Assembly: GCA_963730405.1 (NCBI GenBank)
Contig: CAVSRW010000017.1
Coordinates: 20,955-84,954, forward strand
Direction: 5' to 3'
Length of the DNA stretch: 64,000 nt
Source of the DNA: an uncultured Gaiellaceae bacterium
Lineage (GTDB): Bacteria; Actinomycetota; Thermoleophilia; Gaiellales; Gaiellaceae
Part shown: positions 1-8,719 of the stretch, in pieces
Layout of the letters: every line of letters begins with the position of its first letter
Position numbering within the stretch: position 1 is the first letter of the stretch
Position numbers and translations under genes: made by a program
The notes under the pieces: model-generated
What the model was told of the DNA's origin: nothing
The model's input: only the letters and a program-made list of their open reading frames with translations
Database searches by the model: none

Positions 1-2527
1 CCGAGGACGCGCCGTCGACGACCAACCGGCGCAGCGGTTGGCGAAGCTTCACACCCGCCTTGGCTCGCGCCTGGTGCCCGAGACCGACGATCCGGCGGAG
101 CTCCGCGACCTCGTCGAGCAGCGCCCGATCGGGCCGAGTCGCATCGGGCCAGCCGGCGAGATGCACCGACGCCGGCGGATCGCCCGCCGCGCCGCGCACG
201 AGGTTCTGCCAGAGGTGCTCGGCGAGGAACGGCATCACCGGTGCGATCACGCGGACTCCCTGGACGAGCGCGTGCCAGAGCGCCTGCAGCGCGCTCGCGT
301 CGCCGTCCCAGAAGCGCCGCCGTGAGCGGCGGATGTACCAGTTGGAGACGTCGTCGACGAACTCCTCGAACGCCCTCGTCACGTTCAGCGTCAGGTAAGC
401 GTCGTAGCCGGCGGTCGCGTCGGCGACGAGCCGTCCGGTGCGCGCGGCGAGCCAGCGGTCGAGCGGCCGCTCGAGCGGCGGCGGTGCGCCGTAGGTCGGC
501 CGGAAGCCCTCGATCGTCGCGTAGTCGACGAGAAAGCGCGCCGAGTTCCAGAGCGTCAGCAGCTTGCGCTTGATCTCGTGCGCAGGGCCGAAGCCGAAGA
601 GGAGGTTGCGGTCGGGCGGCTGGGCACAGAACTGCCAGCGCATGACGTCGGCGCCCATGCGGGCGAACGCGTCCTCTGCCTCGATCATGTTCCCCCAGGA
701 GCCGTGCATCTCACGGCCGGTCTCGTCGAGCATCTTCTCGTAGCCGAGCACCTGCCGGTACGGCGCACGGCCGGTGAGCACGACCGACATGAAGTGCTGC
801 GAGTAGAACCACAGCCGGATCTGCTCGCGCATCTCCGAAACCCAGTCGGCCGGGAACCACGCCTCCCAGTACGCGTGGTCGTGGAGGTCGGCGGTGGTCA
901 GGCCTTCGGCCGCGCCGGTCGCATACCCGCGGGGGACGAACTCCGGGTTCTGCCAGCCGAGCGTCGAGAAGGGGACGATGCCGGCGTCGAGCCAGACGTC
1001 GCCGACCTCGACGACCCGCCGCACCGGCTCGCCGCAGGACTCGCATCTGATCGGCACCTCGTCGATCCAGGGGCGGCGCAGCTCCTCGAGCTGCTCGAGC
1101 CCGGCCGTCGCGCGGTCCTCGAGCTCGGCCTTCGACCCGATCACGTTCAGGTGGCCGCAGTCGCACGGGTAGAAGGGCAGCGGCAGGCCGTAGTAGCGGC
1201 GGCGCGAGATGTTCCAGTCCCCCATGTTCCGGAGCCAGTCGTCCATGCGCTTGCCCATGTAGGAGGGCGTCCATTCGACCTCCTGGTTGGCGTCGAGCAG
1301 CTGCGGCCGGAGATCCTCGACGGAGATGAACCAGTCGTCGGAGAGCCGGAAGATCAGCGGCGTGTCGCAGCGCCAGCAATGCGGGTAGGCGTGCTCGTAG
1401 AGACCGGCCTCGACGAGCAGCCCGCGCTCGCCGATGAACCCGATGATCTGATCCGCCGCCTCGACGGTCGAGAGTCCGTGCAACCAGCCGTAGTCGTCGT
1501 AGAAGCGTCCTGCCTCGTCAACGGGGGTGAGCACGTCGAGCCCGTGCACGTTCGCGAGCTCGAAGTCCTCGCCGCCGCACCCGGGCGCGATGTGGACGAT
1601 CCCGGTGCCCTGGTCGAGCGTTACCTCGTCCCACGGGATCACTCGATGCTCCACGTCCCGGCCCGGGCCGACCTCGTCGAACGGCGCCGAGTAACGCCAG
1701 CCGACGAGCTCCTCGCCGCGCTTCCGCTCGTCGAAGATCTCGTCGGGACAGCGCTCGACGGCGACCCACTCGCCGTTGTCGCGCCGGCCGTACTCCGCGT
1801 CGGGTCTGACCGCAGCGGCGACGTTCGCCGGCAGCGTCCAGGGCGTCGTCGTCCAGATCACGAGCGACTCGTGCGGCCGCTCGAGGAGCGGGAAGCGGAC
1901 GAAGAGGGACGGGTCGGCGCGATCCTGGTAGACGCCCGATTGGGAGAGCTCGTGCTGCGAAAGGGAGGTGCCGCAGCGCGGGCACCACTCGGTGGAGCGG
2001 TGGCCCATGTAGAGCCAGCCGTTCTCGTGCACGCGCTTCAGCATCCGCCAGACGTACTCGATGTTCGTGTCGCTGAAGGTGAAGTAGTCGCGGCCCCAGT
2101 CCATCCACTGACCGAGCCGGATCGACCCGCGGGTGATGTCCGCCGACGACTGGACGACGACCTCGCGGCAGCGGCGAGCGAACTCGGCGAGCCCGAACTC
2201 CTCGATCTCGCGCTTGGAGTTGAGGCCGAGCTGGCGCTCGACGCCGACCTCGATCCAGAGGCCCTGGCAGTCGAAGCCGTTCTGGTAGCGCTGGTGGTAG
2301 CCCCGCAGCGCCTTGTAGCGCTGGAACACATCCTTGAGCGTGCGGCCCCACGCCGTGTGCACCGCCAGCTTCTTGTTCGCCGTCACCGGTCCGTCGACGA
2401 AGCTGAACCTGGGTCCGCGCCGGTTCTGCTCCCGGAGGCGCTCGAACGTCTGCTCGCGCTCCCAGAGATCCAGGATCTCGAGCTCGAGCGCGGGGTGGTC
2501 GGGCTTGTCCGGAAGCGGCTTGAACAT
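1..2527 (-). CDS. ileS: isoleucine--tRNA ligase, N-terminal ~842 codons (gene runs off the window start)
   Basis: Absent from the ORF track because it is open at the window edge. Reverse translation from ATG 2525-2527 reads MFKPLPDKPDHPALELEILDLWEREQTFERL..FVDGPVTANKKLAVHTAWGRTLKD..QNGFDCQGLWIEVGVE..WCPRCGTSLS..VIWTTTPWTLPANVAA. This is a class I aaRS with IleRS-type TTTPWTLP and zinc-knuckle motifs. Track ORF 578..2542(+) is its antisense shadow. Confidence 0.9.
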   Translation of the reverse strand, partial: MFKPLPDKPDHPALELEILDLWEREQTFERLREQNRRGPRFSFVDGPVTANKKLAVHTAWGRTLKDVFQRYKALRGYHQRYQNGFDCQGLWIEVGVERQLGLNSKREIEEFGLAEFARRCREVVVQSSADITRGSIRLGQWMDWGRDYFTFSDTNIEYVWRMLKRVHENGWLYMGHRSTEWCPRCGTSLSQHELSQSGVYQDRADPSLFVRFPLLERPHESLVIWTTTPWTLPANVAAAVRPDAEYGRRDNGEWVAVERCPDEIFDERKRGEELVGWRYSAPFDEVGPGRDVEHRVIPWDEVTLDQGTGIVHIAPGCGGEDFELANVHGLDVLTPVDEAGRFYDDYGWLHGLSTVEAADQIIGFIGERGLLVEAGLYEHAYPHCWRCDTPLIFRLSDDWFISVEDLRPQLLDANQEVEWTPSYMGKRMDDWLRNMGDWNISRRRYYGLPLPFYPCDCGHLNVIGSKAELEDRATAGLEQLEELRRPWIDEVPIRCESCGEPVRRVVEVGDVWLDAGIVPFSTLGWQNPEFVPRGYATGAAEGLTTADLHDHAYWEAWFPADWVSEMREQIRLWFYSQHFMSVVLTGRAPYRQVLGYEKMLDETGREMHGSWGNMIEAEDAFARMGADVMRWQFCAQPPDRNLLFGFGPAHEIKRKLLTLWNSARFLVDYATIEGFRPTYGAPPPLERPLDRWLAARTGRLVADATAGYDAYLTLNVTRAFEEFVDDVSNWYIRRSRRRFWDGDASALQALWHALVQGVRVIAPVMPFLAEHLWQNLVRGAAGDPPASVHLAGWPDATRPDRALLDEVAELRRIVGLGHQARAKAGVKLRQPLRRLVVDGASS

Positions 2528-2576
2528 GCGCTTCGATTCTAGGGAACAGTCCGTCCGCCCTCGTCGTTTTCATTCG

Positions 2577-2600
2577 ATGAGGCCGGGGAACCGGCCTCAT
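2577..2600 (+). promoter_or_regulatory. perfect 10-bp stem / GGAA tetraloop hairpin between divergent ileS and trxA
   Basis: ATGAGGCCGG-GGAA-CCGGCCTCAT read directly. It lies 23 nt upstream of the trxA ATG and is followed by an AAGGAA SD-like run. Function not established. Confidence 0.4.
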
Positions 2601-2623
2601 TACCCAGCGAAAGGAACGTCGGA

Positions 2624-2944
2624 ATGGCAACAGCAGTGAAGGAAGACACGTTCACCCAGGAGGTCCTCCAGAGCGACAAGCCCGTGATCGTGGACTTCTG
2701 GGCCGAGTGGTGCGGCCCGTGCCACGCGGTCGCCCCGGTCCTGGACCGGATCGTCGAGGAGCGCGACGGCGAGGTGAAGCTCGTCAAGGTGAACATCGAC
2801 GAGGAGCGCGGTCTCGCGGAGCGCTACGGGATCGCCTCGATCCCGACCATGATCCTCTTCAAGGACGGGGAGCCGTCGCAGGTCGCGGTCGGCGCCCAGC
2901 CCAAGGGCGCGCTCGAGCGCAGCCTCGGGCTCTCGGCCGACTAG
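2624..2944 (+). CDS. trxA: thioredoxin
   Basis: 106 aa with the WCGPC active site (DFWAEWCGPCHAV), a typical thioredoxin length, and an SD-like AAGGAA about 7 nt upstream. Confidence 0.95.
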   Translation: MATAVKEDTFTQEVLQSDKPVIVDFWAEWCGPCHAVAPVLDRIVEERDGEVKLVKVNIDEERGLAERYGIASIPTMILFKDGEPSQVAVGAQPKGALERSLGLSAD

Positions 2945-3462
2945 CGCTCGGCCCGTTCCTCATTCCGGTCGGGGATCGGCGAGACCGCACGGCTCGCCGG
3001 TTCCTCGACCAGGTTCAGCACGCGCATGCCGTAGTTGAAGACGACGGCGCCGCCGAGCCAGCCGCCGACGGTGAGCACGATGAAGCCGACGAGCGTCAGG
3101 ATGAAGGCGCCGTCGGCGACCGCGCCGTCGATGCCGTCGCCGTAGCCGGCACCGATCGAGACGAGGAAGAACGCGGTCGCGATCAGCATCGCGATCATGT
3201 GCGCCGTCGCGGTGCGCCAGAGCGGCGTCCCCCGCTCGATCCGGAGCCAGTCGGCGAAACCGGTGATCGCGGTCGGCGCGCTGAACAGGAGCCCGACGAT
3301 CAGAGCGAGCGTCCAGCCCTGCGCGGCCTCGCTCTCGGCGATGCCTACCTTGCTCATGACCGCCGCCACCGTGGCGAACGCATAGGTGCCGATCGTGGCG
3401 TCGGTCAGCGGCGGGTGCAGCGGATGGCCTGGCGTGCCGCGGTAGAGGAAGTCGAGCTTCAC
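2941..3462 (-). CDS. DUF2231-like integral membrane protein
   Basis: Several hydrophobic helices follow an N-terminal GHPLHPPLTD motif that resembles DUF2231 proteins. Start set at GTG 3462, but the track start 3495 is also possible. The stop shares a CTAG with the trxA stop. Confidence 0.6.
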   Translation of the reverse strand: MKLDFLYRGTPGHPLHPPLTDATIGTYAFATVAAVMSKVGIAESEAAQGWTLALIVGLLFSAPTAITGFADWLRIERGTPLWRTATAHMIAMLIATAFFLVSIGAGYGDGIDGAVADGAFILTLVGFIVLTVGGWLGGAVVFNYGMRVLNLVEEPASRAVSPIPDRNEERAER

Positions 3463-3513
3463 TGCCCGAGCGTTTCCGCCCCGGCACCGCAGCAAACGCC
3501 CGGCTAGGGCGCG

Positions 3514-3660
3514 CTACTCGTCGACCGTCTCGAGGTAGCCGAGGAAGGCCGCGTGCTTGGCCAGAAGCGTCTCGATCTCGCTCAGGCCGACCGCCGCCCA
3601 GTCCTCGACCCAGGTCTCGGAGAGGTCGTCTTCCATGATATGGAGACCGCGCTCGCTCAT
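3514..3660 (-). CDS. small acidic hypothetical protein (48 aa), below the ORF-track cutoff
   Basis: Reverse translation gives MSERGLHIMEDDLSETWVEDWAAVGLSEIETLLAKHAAFLGYLETVDE with GC-rich third positions. It fills an otherwise empty 245-bp gap. No homology recognised. Confidence 0.25.
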   Translation of the reverse strand: MSERGLHIMEDDLSETWVEDWAAVGLSEIETLLAKHAAFLGYLETVDE

Positions 3661-3740
3661 CTGAGCCTGATGATCGACACGGACCTCCGCGGGTACATGG
3701 GCCGAACGGCCTATCTTTCGGGCCGGCTCGGCCTCACTCG

Positions 3741-4553
3741 ATGCAGCTATTCCTCATTGTCAATCCCCGCTCCGGCACGGAGTCTCCGACCGCCGAGGAG
3801 CTCCACGACGCCGCCGAGCGGCGCGGCGTCCGCGTGCATCTGCTCCAGGAGGGTGACGACCTGCAGGCGGTCGCGCGCCAGGCCGACGCGGAGGTGCTGG
3901 GGATGGCCGGAGGCGACGGTTCGCTCGCGGCCGTCGCCGAGGTCGCGATCGAGCGAAACGTCCCCTTCGTCGTCGTGCCGTTCGGCACGCGGAACCACTT
4001 CGCCCGCGACCTCGGGCTCGACCGCGACGACCCGCTCGGGGCCCTCGCCGCCTTCGACGAGGGGACCGAGCGTCGCATCGACGTCGCATACGGCAACGAC
4101 AGGCTCTTCCTGAACAACGTCTCGCTCGGGATCTACGCGCGGCTCGTCCACCGGCGCGAGCACCACCGGCGCCGGCGCGACGCCCTCGCGCGGCTCCGCG
4201 CTCTCGTGCTGACGCTCCGGGATCGCGGGCGGCAGCAGCGGTTCACGATCGACGGCGACGTGGTGCGGGCGCGGCTCGTGCTGGTCTCGAACAACGACTA
4301 CACCCTCGACCTCTTCTCGCTCGGGGAGCGCGAGCGGCTCGACGAGGGCAAGCTCCACCTCTACATTCCACACGGCTTCCGCCGGATCACCTGGGAGGAG
4401 CGCTCGTGCACCCAGCTCGAGATCGGCGCCCCGCAGCCCCGGCTGCGGACTGCGATCGACGGCGAGCCGGTCGAGCTCGAGACGCCGCTGAGCTTCCGGA
4501 TCGAGCCGTTGGCGCTACGCGTGCTCGTGCCGCCCGCGCCAGAGCCGGAGTAG
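3741..4553 (+). CDS. diacylglycerol/lipid kinase family protein (DAGK catalytic domain)
   Basis: IVNPRSG..GMAGGDGSLAAVA..VVPFGTRNHFARDLG are the typical DAGK_cat/YegS-like motifs. Confidence 0.85.
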   Translation: MQLFLIVNPRSGTESPTAEELHDAAERRGVRVHLLQEGDDLQAVARQADAEVLGMAGGDGSLAAVAEVAIERNVPFVVVPFGTRNHFARDLGLDRDDPLGALAAFDEGTERRIDVAYGNDRLFLNNVSLGIYARLVHRREHHRRRRDALARLRALVLTLRDRGRQQRFTIDGDVVRARLVLVSNNDYTLDLFSLGERERLDEGKLHLYIPHGFRRITWEERSCTQLEIGAPQPRLRTAIDGEPVELETPLSFRIEPLALRVLVPPAPEPE

Positions 4554-5054
4554 CTCCGGGAAGTGGGCGAACGCGAGCTCCTCGTCGCCTGGGAGCTCGT
4601 GCGGCGCGAACCAGGCGAGCTCGGCGACGTCGTCCGCGGCTCGTTCGGCGCCGCCCGTGACACGGGCGTCCCAGGTGAGGCAGAGGACGGTCCGGCCCTG
4701 ATACCCGGGCTCCATCCAGACGCCGACGAACCGTTGAGGCTCGACGTCGAGCCCGGTCTCCTCCTTCAGCTCCCGCACGAGCGCGTCGAGCGGATGCTCG
4801 TTCTCCTCGAGGAAGCCGCCGGGGAGGTCCCAGAGCCCGGCGCTCGGCTCGTACGCGCGGCGGCCGAGCAGCAACCGCCCGTCCCGCTCCACGAGCGCTT
4901 GCACCGCCGGCGCGGGATTCGACCAGACGACGTGATCGCACGCGGGACAGGCGAAGTGGTTGCCTCGATGCTCGCCCTCGACGCCGCAGCGTGGACAGAA
5001 CCGCCAGCCGTCGAGGATGCCCACGGCGCTACGGTACTGGCCGTGCCGCGCCAT
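4515..5054 (-). CDS. NUDIX hydrolase with N-terminal zinc ribbon
   Basis: These are the last 179 codons of track ORF 4515..7439. A CPRC..CPAC ribbon is followed by the Nudix box GGFLEENEHPLDALVRELKEETGL. Upstream of ATG 5054 the track ORF is Arg/Pro-rich off-frame noise. Confidence 0.9.
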   Translation of the reverse strand: MARHGQYRSAVGILDGWRFCPRCGVEGEHRGNHFACPACDHVVWSNPAPAVQALVERDGRLLLGRRAYEPSAGLWDLPGGFLEENEHPLDALVRELKEETGLDVEPQRFVGVWMEPGYQGRTVLCLTWDARVTGGAERAADDVAELAWFAPHELPGDEELAFAHFPELLRLWRGRHEHA

Positions 5055-5414
5055 GTGCCCGCCACCGTCCACGAGCTGACGCGCGTGGGACTCCTCTCCG
5101 GCCTGCCCGGGGAGCACCTCTCGAAGCTGGCCGCCCGGCTGGAGCGAGAGGAGGTCTCGCCCGGCGAGACCGTCGTTCGCGAGGGCGAGCACGGCGACCG
5201 CTTCTACGTCGTCCTCTCCGGGATGCTGAGCGTCAGCCAGGAGGGCCTGGGCCAGCGCCGGGTACTGCGGCCGGGCGACGCGTTCGGCGAGGTCGCACTG
5301 GCGATGGGGATCCCGCGCACCGCTTCCGTCCGCGCGGTCACGCCCGCCGTCGTCGCGAGCTGCGACCAGGAGACGTTCGACGAGCTCCTGCGGCCGATCT
5401 TCGCCGACGAGTGA
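5055..5414 (+). CDS. cyclic-nucleotide-binding domain protein (stand-alone cNMP domain)
   Basis: LLSGLPGEHLSKLA..GDRFYVVLSG..PGDAFGEVALAMGIPRTASVRA is a canonical cNMP-binding beta-barrel. Start set at GTG 5055, directly abutting the NUDIX ATG on the other strand. No DNA-binding domain follows. Confidence 0.8.
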   Translation: MPATVHELTRVGLLSGLPGEHLSKLAARLEREEVSPGETVVREGEHGDRFYVVLSGMLSVSQEGLGQRRVLRPGDAFGEVALAMGIPRTASVRAVTPAVVASCDQETFDELLRPIFADE

Positions 5415-6124
5415 GGGTCCTGCTCCTGCACGCCGGGATCGCCGACCGCCGCATGTGGGCGGCGCAGGTGGAGGCGCTCGAGGCAGCCGGCCACACGGTG
5501 GTGGCGCCCGACCTTCCGGGCTTCGGCGACGCCGCGCTCGAGCCGCCCACGGTCGACTACGTCGGCTTCGCCGCCGGTCTGCTCGACGGCCCGGCCGCGG
5601 TCGTCGGCTGCTCGTTCGGCGGGCGGGTGGCGGTCGAGCTGGCCGGCGCGAAGCCCGAGCTCGTCCGGAAGCTCGTCCTCGTCGCGCCCGGGCTGGCCTC
5701 GACCGAGTGGACGGAGGAGAGCAAGGCCGGCTTCGCCGAGGAGGAAGAGCTCGTCGAGCGGGGCGACCTCGCCGGCGCCGGCGCGCAGCAGGCGAGGATG
5801 TGGCTCGCCCCCGATGCCTCCGAGGAGGTTCGCCGGCTGACGGCAGCGATGACCGTGCGCTCGTACGAGCAGCAGCTGCCCGTCGACGGCGAGGTGCGCG
5901 CGTCGTGGCCGGAGCCCTCGGCCGAGACGCGCCTTCGCGAGCTGCGGCAGCCGACGCTCGTCGTCGTCGGCGCAGCCGACCGGCCCGAGCTTCGCTCGCT
6001 GGCCGAACGGATCGCGGAGGAGCTGCCCGACGCGCGCCTCGAGACGATCGCGGGTGCCGGCCACCTGCCGAGCCTCGAGCGCCCGGCCGAGCTGAACCGG
6101 CTACTGCTCGAGTTCCTCCAGTAG
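5411..6124 (+). CDS. alpha/beta-fold hydrolase
   Basis: VRVLLLHAGIADRRMW..VVGCSFGG (G-x-S-x-G elbow)..AGHLPSLERP. The GTG start overlaps the upstream stop (GTGA). Confidence 0.85.
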   Translation: MRVLLLHAGIADRRMWAAQVEALEAAGHTVVAPDLPGFGDAALEPPTVDYVGFAAGLLDGPAAVVGCSFGGRVAVELAGAKPELVRKLVLVAPGLASTEWTEESKAGFAEEEELVERGDLAGAGAQQARMWLAPDASEEVRRLTAAMTVRSYEQQLPVDGEVRASWPEPSAETRLRELRQPTLVVVGAADRPELRSLAERIAEELPDARLETIAGAGHLPSLERPAELNRLLLEFLQ

Positions 6125-6919
6125 CGCGTCCGAGAGCGAGGGCCAGGCGGTCGCCGCCCAGGGGCCGAACGACTCGTCCGCGACCGCGGCCGCGAGGAGC
6201 TGCCGCTCCGGGTCGATCCAGAGGAAGGTCGCCGTCCCCGGCTTGGAGCCGAAGTGGCCGTACGTGCGCGGCGAGTTGCGCGTCCCCGTCCAGTGCGGCG
6301 ACTTGCGCCCGCGCAGCTCGAAGCCGAGCCCCCAGTCGTTCGGGGTCTGGCGGCCGAACCCAGGCAGGACACCTTCGAGACCCGGGAACTGGACCGAGGT
6401 CGCCTCGGCGAGCGTCTCGGGCGCGATCAGGGTCGGCGCGAGCGCCTCGCGGCCGAAGGCGAGCATGTCGCCGAGCGTGCCGACGATGCCGCCGGCAGCG
6501 TCGCCCTCGAGCGTCGCCCCGAGTGCGAGCGGCTCCAGCACCGCTGCGCGGACGTACTCCGCGAACGGCATCTCCGTCCGCTCCGCCAGGTGCCGGGCGA
6601 GCGCGAGGTAGCCGCTGTTCGAGTAGACGCGCCGCTCGCCAGGGCGGCCGAGCGGCGTCGGCGAGTCCCAGGCGAGGCCGGACGCGTGCGCGAGCAGGTG
6701 GCGGACGGTCGAGCCCTCCGGGCCGGCCGGCTCGTCCAGGTCGAGCGCGCCTTCCTCGGCGGCGACGAGGGTCGCGTAGGCGACGAGCGGCTTCGTGACC
6801 GAGCCCCAGCCGAGGCGGTGCTCGACGTCGCCGTGCGCCGCGAGGACGCCGTCCGCCCCGGCCACGCCGGCGGCCTTGTGCTCGGCCGGCCAGCCGGCGA
6901 TCAGTTCCAGCGCGTGCAC
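6101..6919 (-). CDS. serine hydrolase, beta-lactamase/PBP-like family
   Basis: SVTK (S-x-x-K) and YSNSGY (Y-x-N) motifs in a 272-aa ORF. Confidence 0.85.
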   Translation of the reverse strand: MHALELIAGWPAEHKAAGVAGADGVLAAHGDVEHRLGWGSVTKPLVAYATLVAAEEGALDLDEPAGPEGSTVRHLLAHASGLAWDSPTPLGRPGERRVYSNSGYLALARHLAERTEMPFAEYVRAAVLEPLALGATLEGDAAGGIVGTLGDMLAFGREALAPTLIAPETLAEATSVQFPGLEGVLPGFGRQTPNDWGLGFELRGRKSPHWTGTRNSPRTYGHFGSKPGTATFLWIDPERQLLAAAVADESFGPWAATAWPSLSDALLEELEQ

Positions 6920-6947
6920 GGTGGGCCAGCGTAACTACCTTGACGCG

Positions 6948-7880
6948 ATGTCCCTCGGAGCCTTCGTGCTGCGTCGGATCCTCGTCGCGATCCCGACGCT
7001 GCTGGTGATCACGTTCGCCACATTCGCGCTCCTGCGCGGCGCGGGCGGCGACCCTTTCACCCTCCCCGAGGGCTTCGCGGCGCTGCCGCCGCCGGTGGAG
7101 CGGGAACTGCGCGCGTATTACCGCTTCGACGAGCCGTGGCCGGCGCAGTTCGCGAACTACGTCCGCAACATCGTCACGTTCGACTTCGGGCCGTCGCTGA
7201 ACCGGCGGCGCGTGTCGGTCGACGCGGTGATCGAGCAGAGCCTGCCCGTGACGGCACAGCTGGTCGCTCTCGCCTCCATGATCGCCATCCCGGTCGGCTT
7301 CATGCTCGGCCTGCTCGGGGCGCTCCGGCGGCGGACGCCGGCCGACACGGCGTTCACCGCCGTCTCGACCGTCCTGCTCGTCGTCCCCGTCTTCTTCGTC
7401 GCGTGGCTGCTCTCCCGCTACCCCGCGCTCCAGTGGCACTGGTTCCCGCTCGGCTGGGACAGCTGGGAGGCCCGGATCCTGCCCGTCCTGACGCTGGCGC
7501 TCGCGCCGACCGGCTACATCGCCCGCCTCGTCCGAGCCTCGGTCGTGGAGACGCTCGACGAGGACTACGTCCGCACCGCCCGGGCGAAGGGCCTACGCCG
7601 CGACCGGGTCGTGCTGGTGCACGTCGTCCGCAACTCGCTCGTCCCGGTGCTCTCGGCCGTCGTGCCGATGCTCGCGCTGCTGATCACCGGCGCGTTCTTC
7701 GTCGAGGAGGCCTTCGGGATCCCGGGCGCGTCCGGCGAGTTCCTCCTCTCCGCGCGCATTCGCGACTTCCCGATGCTGATGGGGCTGACGGTCGTGCTCG
7801 CCACCGTCGTGATCGTCGTCAACCTGATCGCGGACGTGCTGATCGCGCTGCTGGACCCGCGTGTCCGGGAGGCGCGATGA
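6948..7880 (+). CDS. ABC transporter permease (DppB/OppB-like)
   Basis: MSLGAFVLRRILVAIPTLLVITFATFALL.. N-terminus and the EAA-loop region YVRTARAKGL. Start set at ATG 6948 inside track ORF 6795..7880. Confidence 0.9.
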   Translation: MSLGAFVLRRILVAIPTLLVITFATFALLRGAGGDPFTLPEGFAALPPPVERELRAYYRFDEPWPAQFANYVRNIVTFDFGPSLNRRRVSVDAVIEQSLPVTAQLVALASMIAIPVGFMLGLLGALRRRTPADTAFTAVSTVLLVVPVFFVAWLLSRYPALQWHWFPLGWDSWEARILPVLTLALAPTGYIARLVRASVVETLDEDYVRTARAKGLRRDRVVLVHVVRNSLVPVLSAVVPMLALLITGAFFVEEAFGIPGASGEFLLSARIRDFPMLMGLTVVLATVVIVVNLIADVLIALLDPRVREAR

Positions 7881-8707
7881 TCCGCGCGACCCGTGGACTG
7901 GGCTGGCCGGCCGTTGCGCTCCTCGGCCTCGTCGCCTTCTGCGCAGTCTGGCCGGAGCTCTCGCCGTACGGGGCGAATCACGTCGACTTCGACCTCAGCC
8001 GCGAGCCGCCGAGCCTCGCCCACCCGCTCGGCACCGACCAGTTCGGCCGCGACCTGCTGACGCGGCTCGCCGCGGCCGGCCGCGTCTCGCTCGCGATCAC
8101 CGCGGGTGCGCTCACGATCATCCTCGTCGTCGGCTTCGCCTACGGCGCCGTGTCGGGGCTCGCCGGCGGCAGGGTCGACGCCTTCCTGATGCGGGTGCTC
8201 GACGGGCTGCTCGCGCTGCCCCGCCTGCCGGTCAGCATCATCATCCTCGTCGTGCTCGCGATGCACGCCCAGACGATCTGGGCAGTCGTGTTCGCGCTCT
8301 CGGTCGCGAGCTGGATGCTGACGGCGCGCCTCGTCCGCGGGCGGGTGCTCGTCCTGCGCGAGGCCGAGTACGTCCGGGCTGCCCGGGCGGTCGGCGCACG
8401 CCGGCGCCGCGTCCTGCTGCGGCACGTCTTCCCGAACACGGTCGGGATCCTCGTCGTGGCCGTCCTGCTCGAGCTGCCCGGCGTGATCCTGGGCGAGGCG
8501 TTCCTCTCCGTGCTCGGCCTGGGGCCGAATCCGCCCACGGCGACGTGGGGCAACATGGCGGTCGAGGGAATCCGCTTCCACCGAATCTGGAACGTCGCGC
8601 TGCCGTGCGCGGCGATCGCGCTCTTCGCCGTGCTGGCCAACGTGCTCGCAGACCGGCTGCAGACGGTGATCGACCCGCGCCAGGCCGGGACTGCGCACGA
8701 CGGCTGA
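7877..8707 (+). CDS. ABC transporter permease (DppC/OppC-like)
   Basis: HPLGTDQFGRDLLTRL..EYVRAARAVGA motifs. ATGA overlap with the upstream permease. Confidence 0.9.
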   Translation: MIRATRGLGWPAVALLGLVAFCAVWPELSPYGANHVDFDLSREPPSLAHPLGTDQFGRDLLTRLAAAGRVSLAITAGALTIILVVGFAYGAVSGLAGGRVDAFLMRVLDGLLALPRLPVSIIILVVLAMHAQTIWAVVFALSVASWMLTARLVRGRVLVLREAEYVRAARAVGARRRRVLLRHVFPNTVGILVVAVLLELPGVILGEAFLSVLGLGPNPPTATWGNMAVEGIRFHRIWNVALPCAAIALFAVLANVLADRLQTVIDPRQAGTAHDG

Positions 8708-8719
8708 GATACTGGCCGC

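Noticed and set aside
1-2527. Degenerate class I signature motifs in IleRS (AVHTAW instead of HIGH; EMHGS instead of KMSKS)
   Set aside because: From memory, a whole IleRS subfamily carries (G)VHHAWGR and MHKSWGN-type variants along with the NGFDCQGLW motif seen here. This is probably a lineage trait rather than an inactivated enzyme. I cannot verify it without a database search.
578-2542. Long ORFs such as 578..2542(+), the upstream two-thirds of 4515..7439(-), 12274..14508(-), 14999..18439(+), 16929..19025(-), 48323..51241(-, upstream part), 59621..61603(+, upstream part) and 62157..63995(+)
   Set aside because: They are Arg/Ala/Pro/Gly-rich with no recognisable motifs. They lie antisense or out of frame to genes with clear family signatures. 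This is typical stop-codon-poor shadow ORF behaviour in very GC-rich DNA.
2528-2623. T-box riboswitch leader for ileS
   Set aside because: Only 96 nt are available, and I could not find the conserved T-box core (..GGTGGNACCGCG-like) or a recognisable discriminator. The AUC next to the hairpin may be coincidental. A covariance-model search is needed to settle it.
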